Source of the DNA: a virus
Taxonomy: Duplodnaviria; Caudoviricetes
Strand: one strand, 5' to 3'
Length of the DNA: 52,443 bases
IMG/VR virus record: IMGVR_UViG_3300039037_000119
Coordinates: 1-52,443 of that record
Under the pieces are notes generated by a model. It was not told the origin of the DNA. It searched no databases and saw only the letters and a list, made by a program, of their open reading frames with translations. The translations under genes were made by a program, and so were the position numbers. Below, piece after piece: positions 28,007 through 34,904 of the stretch. The first letter of the stretch is position 1. Every line of letters begins with the position of its first letter.

Positions 28007-28245
28007 AAGATGCACTCGGAATCCCGCTAAAAGTAGGGGACACAGTATACTTAGCGCATTCACATACTAATACCAACTTTTCAGGTTTGACAAAAGTTCT
28101 AAAACTTACCTCCAAAAGAGTAACTGTATGGGATCCCTACTTCCCTGATACTCCTAGTAAGCTTAGTGTACAACCAGAACGTCTACTAAAAGTGTCTGAC
28201 CAGATCAAAGCCAACCAAGTTAACTACCCCGAACTCTACCTATAA
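28003..28245 (+). CDS. PE-tag small protein with KOW/SH3-like fold (YPELYL*)
   Basis: DALGIPLKVGDTVY..KVLKLTSKRVTV; C-terminal motif. Confidence 0.8.
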   Translation: MKDALGIPLKVGDTVYLAHSHTNTNFSGLTKVLKLTSKRVTVWDPYFPDTPSKLSVQPERLLKVSDQIKANQVNYPELYL

Positions 28246-28255
28246 GGAACCTAAT

Positions 28256-28525
28256 ATGGCCCATTTCTACGCCTCCATTCAAGGTAACCGTGGCGAAGCT
28301 ACTCGTTGTGGTTCTAAAACCTCTGGCCTTACCTCCACTGTCTCAGGGTGGGACATCGGAGTAGAGGTCACCTTAGAGTACGACGCTAACCTAGGTACCG
28401 ACATAGTTCATATCTATGCTACTGAAGGATCTAACGGATGCTCTCGAAAACGTATCCTATCCTACATCCAAAAGGAAGGTAGACGGGTTATCCTAGACAC
28501 AGAACATCCAGAGGTCTTGCTATGA
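28256..28525 (+). CDS. PE-tag small protein (HPEVLL*)
   Basis: MAHFYASIQGNRGEATRCG start; AAGGA RBS; C-terminal motif. Confidence 0.85.
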   Translation: MAHFYASIQGNRGEATRCGSKTSGLTSTVSGWDIGVEVTLEYDANLGTDIVHIYATEGSNGCSRKRILSYIQKEGRRVILDTEHPEVLL

Positions 28526-28863
28526 ATCTACACAGAAAGTTATATAATGCGGTATATAATAAACGTCTTACTATATATGTAAATACTACTCCAGTCTCTG
28601 TAAAAGGGTCTGAACACACTACAGTCAAGGTAACCCATAAGAAGTTAGCAGCTAAGCGAAAAGCTGTTTTAGACTCGATCCTAAAGGATTTTACTTATTA
28701 CGCACTACCAAAACTAGGGGTGACTCTTGTAGTTTCATCAGATATGCCTGCAGACGAAGTTAAAAAACATATAGCTGCTGTAGGTCTTTCTGCTATTCTT
28801 AATAAAACAGAAGAACTAAAAAATCTCCATAAAGAATTGGCAGATACACTCTCCATAGTTTAA
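28522..28863 (+). CDS. Hypothetical protein
   Basis: ATGA-coupled ORF. Confidence 0.7.
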   Translation: MNLHRKLYNAVYNKRLTIYVNTTPVSVKGSEHTTVKVTHKKLAAKRKAVLDSILKDFTYYALPKLGVTLVVSSDMPADEVKKHIAAVGLSAILNKTEELKNLHKELADTLSIV

Positions 28864-28864
28864 T

Positions 28865-28887
28865 AGGATGGTCGGTTATCCTTTTTT
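28865..28887 (+). terminator. Intrinsic terminator
   Basis: AGGATGG-TCGG-TTATCCT then T run, directly after a stop codon. Confidence 0.65.
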
Positions 28888-28919
28888 AGCAAGTAACCTA
28901 CTATCATACGCTATTTAAC

Positions 28920-29007
28920 CCCCTATGCCCCTTAAGTTCGCCTCCTAAGCGAATGACAAAAACTATTAAGGTGGAGTCAGGATGTTCGATTCGTCCATAG
29001 GGGACCA
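28920..29007 (+). tRNA. Atypical tRNA-Arg(CCU)-like RNA lacking a D arm
   Basis: Acceptor CCCCTAT/ATAGGGG plus ACCA; anticodon arm TTCGC-CTCCTAA-GCGAA; T arm GGATG-TTCGATT-CGTCC; only 10 nt where the D arm should be; 26-nt variable region. Confidence 0.8.
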
Positions 29008-29015
29008 CATTTATA

Positions 29016-29105
29016 GGCCTATGTACCAGTTAGTTACAGGTGCACTGCATAGGTCCGCCAATAGGTTTTATTTTTTGTCCTATGGCGCATATACTAACCT
29101 GTAAC
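29016..29105 (+). ncRNA. Candidate pseudoknotted RNA element
   Basis: Stem 29016-25/29046-55, stem 29056-65/29079-87, and loop GTTACAGGT (29033-41) complementary to ACCTGTAAC (29097-105). Confidence 0.55.
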
Positions 29106-29172
29106 AGTTAAAGACAATTACCTCCTCTACCTCTTGCGATATGCAGGTAGTTCTTTTGTGCTTTAGCGGACA

Positions 29173-29188
29173 GCCCGGAAAGACGGGC
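29173..29188 (+). promoter_or_regulatory. GC-rich hairpin with purine-rich loop (boxB-like)
   Basis: GCCCG-GAAAGA-CGGGC upstream of the resolvase/RNR genes. Confidence 0.4.
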
Positions 29189-29212
29189 CTTAATTTACTC
29201 TCAAGGAACTTT

Positions 29213-29617
29213 ATGACTATTACTCTACCTCTTTACTGGACCCAAGAATATAAAACAAAAGCGGATAAGACCTGGTTAGTAGGTATGAATGCCTATAGAA
29301 ATTGGCACCATTTCACCTCCAACAAATGGAAGACTGATTTCCACGAACTAGTAAAAGCTCAAATCCCAGCTGATAGCCCTAGCTTCCAACTCTTCCACCT
29401 AGATCTCCGCATTTATTATAAAAACGTGTGTGATGGCTCTAACATAGCAGCCCTAATGGAAAAGGTAGTTTTAGACACCCTTCAAAAAGAAGGCATCCTA
29501 GTAAACGATAACGTAAAGTTCCACCTTTCTTCTACCTGGTCCGTAGCTGGTCAGGACAAGACTAACCCTCGTTGTGAAATAACTATAAAGGAGGTAGAAT
29601 GCAAATCCGCTCAATAG
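29213..29617 (+). CDS. RusA-like Holliday junction resolvase
   Basis: Start revised to ATG 29213 (AAGGA RBS); DGSN....EKVVLDTL..GILVNDN, C-terminal NPRCEITI. Confidence 0.7.
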   Translation: MTITLPLYWTQEYKTKADKTWLVGMNAYRNWHHFTSNKWKTDFHELVKAQIPADSPSFQLFHLDLRIYYKNVCDGSNIAALMEKVVLDTLQKEGILVNDNVKFHLSSTWSVAGQDKTNPRCEITIKEVECKSAQ

Positions 29618-29805
29618 GTTCGTATGAAATCGTATTGTACGATAGTAAAAATTCCCGTATACTAGAGGAAATTAGCGACCTATCTATGATAGGTTCTAGC
29701 AATAAGGCCGAACAGTTGTTAGATGCTGTACCTGAAGCTACCTCTTATACTGTAAGTCGTATCCTTTATAACAGTAAATACAATGTTTGGGCTCCTAAAC
29801 AATAA
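29599..29805 (+). CDS. Hypothetical protein
   Basis: AAGGAGG RBS. Confidence 0.7.
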   Translation: MQIRSIGSYEIVLYDSKNSRILEEISDLSMIGSSNKAEQLLDAVPEATSYTVSRILYNSKYNVWAPKQ

Positions 29806-29824
29806 AACTAAAATAAGGAACAGC

Positions 29825-30826
29825 ATGAAACTACCTATAGAGACAGGAAACCCTTTATTCGGTCTGTACCTTTACCCTCAAGCTAAACATATTATGGAAG
29901 AGCAACAGGATAAAGCATGGACCGCACAAGAAATCCCTGTAGACAAAGATATATCTGATTACAGAAACAAGATGTCAAAGGAACAGTACAATATGGTATC
30001 TGTAACCCTTCAACTCTTCGTAGAGATCGAACAAACTGTAGGGGAGGTATGGGAAAAGATTGCTCATTGGTTTCCTCACAGTGAGATAGAGGGTTGTTGT
30101 GCTGAGATCTCCCGTATGGAGAAGTCTGTACATGCTTTCTTTTACCAAAAAATGTCAGATGAACTAAATATCAACCCAGAAGACATTTTAAAGAACCAGC
30201 AAACAATCCAAGTACTGAAAAGTAAACTAGAATTCTTAAAAGAGATTACATCTAACTTACCAAAAGATAAACCTCTAGCGTTAGCTACTGTAGCCTCAAT
30301 AGAGCAAGTTCTACTGTTTAGTAACTTTGCAATGCTTAAATCTTTCCAAGCTAACGGTCATAACCTAATCACCAATACGATTACTGGTGTAGAGTTTGTA
30401 ATCCAAGATGAGACCTTACACGGAGACTTCGCTGCCTACTTATTCAATACATATATGAAAGAATCAAATATGCGTGAGTCTACCAGAGAAGCTTTAAAAC
30501 AGGACATCCACAAACTCCTAAAAGAAGTAGTAGCACATGAAGATTCTGTAATCGAATACGTATTCGGAACACAGGAGTCTATTAACGATATCACAAAAGA
30601 TCAACTTAAGACATTCATCCGTTTCCGAGCAAATGAGACTCTTAAGCTTCTTCATTATGATCCTATCTTTGAAATTGGTAAGAACCCAATCAAAGACTGG
30701 TTCTACCGAGGAAAGGCATCTATCGTTCAACACGACTTCTTTAACTCAGGAACTTCCCAGTACAGACGAAATTGGAAAGTTGACAACTTCTCAGTCTTAC
30801 AATTTATGGAGGAACCTAATGAATAA
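29825..30826 (+). CDS. nrdB: Class I ribonucleotide reductase beta subunit
   Basis: AWTAQEI, EKSVHAFFY, IEQVLLFSNF, DETLHG, HDFF; start revised to ATG 29825. Confidence 0.93.
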   Translation: MKLPIETGNPLFGLYLYPQAKHIMEEQQDKAWTAQEIPVDKDISDYRNKMSKEQYNMVSVTLQLFVEIEQTVGEVWEKIAHWFPHSEIEGCCAEISRMEKSVHAFFYQKMSDELNINPEDILKNQQTIQVLKSKLEFLKEITSNLPKDKPLALATVASIEQVLLFSNFAMLKSFQANGHNLITNTITGVEFVIQDETLHGDFAAYLFNTYMKESNMRESTREALKQDIHKLLKEVVAHEDSVIEYVFGTQESINDITKDQLKTFIRFRANETLKLLHYDPIFEIGKNPIKDWFYRGKASIVQHDFFNSGTSQYRRNWKVDNFSVLQFMEEPNE

Positions 30827-32555
30827 ATATGACCAACTCTCATTCCAACGCAAGGAACTGCAAAAACAAGACCTAGCTCCTGCATGGATGTCTACAGCCT
30901 CTTTCCAAATGATAACGGAAAAGGCTTATTTAGATAGGGGTGAAAATCCTCGTGATATGTATACTCGTATCGCTAAACGTGCCGCTGAGCTTACCCGACT
31001 TCATAACGTAGAACGATGGGGCTACTCTTCATGGGAAGACGCTTTCTTCGACGTAATGTGGAAAGGTTGGCTTTCACCTTCCACCCCTGTCCTAACAAAT
31101 ATGGGCAATGAACGAGGTCATCCAATTGCATGTTCTGGCACCGATCTATCCGACAGCATCCCAGGCTTCTACGACGCACGTAAAGAGATAGCTCAGCTCA
31201 CTCAACGTGGTTACGGAACCTCATGGTGCCTAGACGCAGTCAGACCTAGGGGTTCTGCTATCTCTAAGGGAGGTACTGCTAATGGACCTATCCAACCTGC
31301 ATCGGGTGCTGTCCAAGACTGTCGTGAAGTCTCCCAAGGAGGAACTCGTCGTGGTTCAATCGGCCAATACTTAAACGTCCTATCTCCAGACTTTAAGGAA
31401 TTCGTAGACCAAATCATTGCAGATGATGACGGTTGGAATATAGGCTGGAACATAGATGAACGCTATCGTGAACTCTTTCGTACCGATCCTGCTAGTGCAG
31501 AAGAAATCTGGAAACAGATGCTGAAAGCCCGTATGGTCAAAGGAAAAGGCTACCAACTCTACTTAGATAAAGTAAACCGTGACCGTCCTCAAGTCTACAA
31601 AGACCTAGGTCTCCACGTAAAGCACTCAAACCTTTGCTCGGAAATCGAACTCTTTAATGACAAAGACCACTCATTCACTTGTGTACTTTCTTCGATGAAC
31701 ATAAGTAAATGGGACGAATGGCATGACACTAAAGCAGTCCAAATCGCTACGATCTTCTTAGATGCTGTAGTAGAGGATATGCTAATTAAAGCTCGTCAAG
31801 AAGAAGGTTTCGAACGTATCATAGCTTTTACCGAAAAGTCCCGTGCTATCGGTCTTGGTGTACTAGGTCTATCCACCTACTACCAACAAAGTGATATGAT
31901 ATTTGGTGACTTCGACTCTATTATGTTCAACCAAAAAATGATGCGTCACCTAGATACCGAATCTTTAGCTGCTTCTAAAACACTAGCTACAGAAATAGGT
32001 GAACCAGAATGGATGAAAGGTTACGGAGAACGTTTCTCTCACCGTCTAGCCCTTCCTCCAACTAAATCTACAGCCATCATCCAAGGTGGGATTTCTGAAG
32101 GTACTATGCCGGTCTTCGCCAATGTGTTTGAACAACGTACTGCTGGAGGTATTGTTTACCGTATCAACCCAACGCTCCTAAAGTTAATGAAGGAACGTGA
32201 TACATATAACGAAGATACTATGAAGCGTATATCGGAAGCTCAAGGATCTATTCAAGGCGAATCTTGGCTTACTTCTCATGAAAAGAAGGTATTCAAAACT
32301 GCTTTTGAACTTAACCAAGAAACCATCATCTTAATGGCATCTCACAGGCAACGTATTATGTCAGAAGGGGGTGGAGGTCAAGGCCAGTCTACTAACCTTT
32401 ACATCCAAAAAGAGGAAACCGAGGAAGAGATCTCTCGCCTACACTATATAGCTTGGCAAGACCCTTACCTACACTCACTCTACTATGTCCACTCCTTAAA
32501 CGAGGATTCTGTACATCAAGTAGACAAAAGTGTATGTGAAGGCTGTCAAGGCTAA
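30819..32555 (+). CDS. nrdA: Class I ribonucleotide reductase alpha subunit (no ATP cone)
   Basis: SPSTPVLTN, IAC, SNLCSEI, TCVLSS, GLGVLG, PTKST, LYY, C-terminal CEGCQG; start revised to ATG 30819. Confidence 0.95.
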   Translation: MNKYDQLSFQRKELQKQDLAPAWMSTASFQMITEKAYLDRGENPRDMYTRIAKRAAELTRLHNVERWGYSSWEDAFFDVMWKGWLSPSTPVLTNMGNERGHPIACSGTDLSDSIPGFYDARKEIAQLTQRGYGTSWCLDAVRPRGSAISKGGTANGPIQPASGAVQDCREVSQGGTRRGSIGQYLNVLSPDFKEFVDQIIADDDGWNIGWNIDERYRELFRTDPASAEEIWKQMLKARMVKGKGYQLYLDKVNRDRPQVYKDLGLHVKHSNLCSEIELFNDKDHSFTCVLSSMNISKWDEWHDTKAVQIATIFLDAVVEDMLIKARQEEGFERIIAFTEKSRAIGLGVLGLSTYYQQSDMIFGDFDSIMFNQKMMRHLDTESLAASKTLATEIGEPEWMKGYGERFSHRLALPPTKSTAIIQGGISEGTMPVFANVFEQRTAGGIVYRINPTLLKLMKERDTYNEDTMKRISEAQGSIQGESWLTSHEKKVFKTAFELNQETIILMASHRQRIMSEGGGGQGQSTNLYIQKEETEEEISRLHYIAWQDPYLHSLYYVHSLNEDSVHQVDKSVCEGCQG

Positions 32556-32559
32556 ATCT

Positions 32560-32583
32560 TAAGCTAGGGTAACACCTAGCTTA
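32560..32583 (+). terminator. Hairpin after nrdA (possible terminator or processing site)
   Basis: TAAGCTAGG-GTAACA-CCTAGCTTA; weak U tail. Confidence 0.45.
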
Positions 32584-32606
32584 CTTAACCAAAAAAGGAA
32601 CTAAAA

Positions 32607-32780
32607 ATGCAAAACTATAATGACCTAATGAAACTAGTAGCCACTCTTAACGATCAAGATGCGGCTTATTCAGAAAAACCAACCAAAGCAGAATCTGCTC
32701 GTATTCGTAAATCTCTAAACGAAATCAAGAAACTAGTAACTCCTGCCAAACAAGATCTAATCGAAGCAGATAAAGGGTAA
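32607..32780 (+). CDS. 57-aa helical protein resembling Hc1-like (histone H1-like) small proteins; not in the ORF track
   Basis: MQNYNDLMKLVATLNDQDAAYSEKPTKAESARIRKSLNEIKKLVTPAKQDLIEADKG*; AAGGA RBS. Confidence 0.7.
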   Translation: MQNYNDLMKLVATLNDQDAAYSEKPTKAESARIRKSLNEIKKLVTPAKQDLIEADKG

Positions 32781-32784
32781 AACG

Positions 32785-33153
32785 ATGTCACATTATTCCA
32801 ACCAAGCCGAGGCTTATGAGGAAAAGGTATCGCAAATCGAAGAGCAAATGAAAGCAGCCTTAAACGAACCTCTAGATCTAGATACCACCCTAGATCAACG
32901 AGGGGACCGTTACGGCTCTTTCGTTTCTCATTCCGCTCTATCTCAAACCCTCAAAAACACAATCATGCAACACTACTTCTTAACCCACGGTCAAGACAAA
33001 GCCACTCCACTTCCACCTTACATGGTAGAGGCTATCTCAATGATCTGCCACAAACTTGCCCGTATCGCCAACGGTGACCCTCACTACGACGACTCTTGGC
33101 ATGACATTTCAGGCTATGCAGAACTAGTGGTAAAAGAACTAAATAAATCTTAA
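32785..33153 (+). CDS. Conserved phage protein (DUF6378-like)
   Basis: TLDQRGDRYGSF..KLARIANGD..DSWHDISGYAEL. Confidence 0.75.
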   Translation: MSHYSNQAEAYEEKVSQIEEQMKAALNEPLDLDTTLDQRGDRYGSFVSHSALSQTLKNTIMQHYFLTHGQDKATPLPPYMVEAISMICHKLARIANGDPHYDDSWHDISGYAELVVKELNKS

Positions 33154-33163
33154 AGGAACCCTT

Positions 33164-33733
33164 ATGGAAATCCCTATGCTCCTAAAACCAAGTTTACCTG
33201 AACGTGCTTGGGAAACCTACGTACCAATTGTAAAAACACGTAAAGGCTATACAGCTTACTTAACAGATAATATCGCAGATGTCAGCGAATACAACGAACT
33301 TTGTTTCATCTTATCTCAAGCCCAAAGCGATGAAGAGGTCACTCTTATCATCAACAATCATGGTGGTATGATCGACTCTGCCTTAATGATTCGTGCCGCT
33401 ATCCAAAGCTCTCAAGCTACGGTAATCGCTCATTTATCCGGTACAGTAGCGTCAGCTGCTACTATCATTGCTCTATCTTGCGACGTACTAGAAGCTGAAC
33501 CTCATATGTCTTTCATGATTCATAACTACAGTTCAGGAGCTCACGGCAAAGGTCACGAAATGAAAGCTCGTCAAGAGTTCATCGATCAAGAACTAAACTC
33601 AGCCTTCCGTACCTTCTATAATGGATTCCTAACCGACGACGAAATGACCTCTGTCATCGACGGTAAAGATCTATGGCTAAATACGGAAGACACAATGAAA
33701 CGTTGGGAACAAACACATAAAGGAGACATGTAA
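33164..33733 (+). CDS. clpP: ClpP-like serine protease
   Basis: INNHGG, VASAAT (Ser), FMIH (His), KDLWL (Asp). Confidence 0.88.
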   Translation: MEIPMLLKPSLPERAWETYVPIVKTRKGYTAYLTDNIADVSEYNELCFILSQAQSDEEVTLIINNHGGMIDSALMIRAAIQSSQATVIAHLSGTVASAATIIALSCDVLEAEPHMSFMIHNYSSGAHGKGHEMKARQEFIDQELNSAFRTFYNGFLTDDEMTSVIDGKDLWLNTEDTMKRWEQTHKGDM

Positions 33734-33939
33734 TGTTAGACGACAAATCTATCTCAGACCTGCTAGGCAACCTAGGTGGCAGCTCTACTATCCAGACACC
33801 TTCAGGAAACCCAGACACAAACAACCTAAAAGTAACTACCCTAGCTAAAATCGAAGGCATCGTCAACCAAGACGAAATCAACACTGCTCAATTAGCAGCC
33901 TTAAAAGAACTAACCAGTCTATTGAGCGTACTGCCATGA
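33733..33939 (+). CDS. Hypothetical protein
   Basis: TAATG coupling; AGGAG RBS. Confidence 0.7.
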   Translation: MLDDKSISDLLGNLGGSSTIQTPSGNPDTNNLKVTTLAKIEGIVNQDEINTAQLAALKELTSLLSVLP

Positions 33940-34418
33940 CCTCTATAATCCAGTCTATCTACGACTTCAACCACGAAGCCGACCTAGTTAAGGGTGGTTA
34001 TAACGACTACTTAGAGAGCTCCTTTCAAATCGAGGAAGCTCTTGAGGGTTTATCTCCTGAATACATCATGTACTCAATGCATGGTGAAATCCAAGATACG
34101 CTAGACGGATCCCCTACATCTCCCAAGGACGTAGCAAGACACCTAGTTCAAACAGCCACAGCATCTACTACTCCTATCCCAGACGTAGACCGCCTAGATA
34201 AAGCTTGTGATGCTGTAGTCTTCGCTATAGGCTCCATGACCAAGCTAGGTCTCTCTCCTTCTCAAATAGAGCAAGCTCTATCTGTAGTAGTGGAAGCCAA
34301 TACAGCTAAACTAGGCTGTCCTAAGGACCCTCAAGGTAAGCTAATCAAACCACCTAACTTTAACGAACTCTACGCACCTGAACCAAAACTCCAAGAAATT
34401 CTAGACCAAAGGAGTTGA
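33936..34418 (+). CDS. MazG-like / PRA-PH family NTP pyrophosphohydrolase
   Basis: IEEALE, DRLDKACDAVVFAIG, VVEANTAK, DPQGKLIKP. Confidence 0.75.
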   Translation: MTSIIQSIYDFNHEADLVKGGYNDYLESSFQIEEALEGLSPEYIMYSMHGEIQDTLDGSPTSPKDVARHLVQTATASTTPIPDVDRLDKACDAVVFAIGSMTKLGLSPSQIEQALSVVVEANTAKLGCPKDPQGKLIKPPNFNELYAPEPKLQEILDQRS

Positions 34419-34419
34419 T

Positions 34420-34746
34420 ATGGAATTTATAATTATAGGTATAGTTACTGCCCTTAACCTTATAATCATACTTAAAAAAGTATCATTAGGAAGATATGAA
34501 GATGCGGTAATAGATACCTCATTATTTATTTTTGTAGTAGCTATATTCTCAGGAACATATAGCGGTATGGTAGTAGGTATGATAGCCTCTATGGTGGTTA
34601 GTATATATCTATACAAAAACCCACCTAACTATTTTCAAGGCTTCTTTAAGTCAGATAAAGCAAGCATCATTTGGCATAATATTAAAACTATGAATCCAGA
34701 TGGGCCTACTGCCCCCAAAAAACGACAAAATTTTGAGGACTTATAA
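34420..34746 (+). CDS. Membrane protein (three TM segments, possible holin)
   Basis: Hydrophobic segments with a charged C-terminus; AGGAG RBS. Confidence 0.65.
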   Translation: MEFIIIGIVTALNLIIILKKVSLGRYEDAVIDTSLFIFVVAIFSGTYSGMVVGMIASMVVSIYLYKNPPNYFQGFFKSDKASIIWHNIKTMNPDGPTAPKKRQNFEDL

Positions 34747-34904
34747 TGAAAAATTTCATACAATCCATTGGGATAGTGATGTCGTTAGTCATACTTACAG
34801 TCCTCTCATTTGTTACGCTTTACGTATCCTACATACTAGCAATAGGTATATTAATAGTAGGGCTTATATATATTGTATACTCCCTACTAAGTATGACTAG
34901 ATGA
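34746..34904 (+). CDS. 52-aa membrane protein; not in the ORF track
   Basis: MKNFIQSIGIVMSLVILTVLSFVTLYVSYILAIGILIVGLIYIVYSLLSMTR*; TAATG coupling; GAGGA RBS. Confidence 0.65.
   Translation: MKNFIQSIGIVMSLVILTVLSFVTLYVSYILAIGILIVGLIYIVYSLLSMTR

Noticed and set aside
515-28525. PE-tag DNA as an attC-like or other recombination site of an integron-style cassette array
   Set aside because: Third codon positions vary freely, there is no palindromic structure and no integrase or recombinase is in the window. Microhomology-driven exchange cannot be fully excluded.
30633-30818. N-terminal extension of NrdA (and similar extensions at 13986, 25483, 29141, 29783)
   Set aside because: They overlap upstream genes or RNA elements; downstream ATGs have better RBS or coupling.
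34700-34900. ORF-track 66-aa protein
   Set aside because: The alternative frame 34746..34904 has an RBS, TAATG coupling and a coherent membrane-protein sequence.
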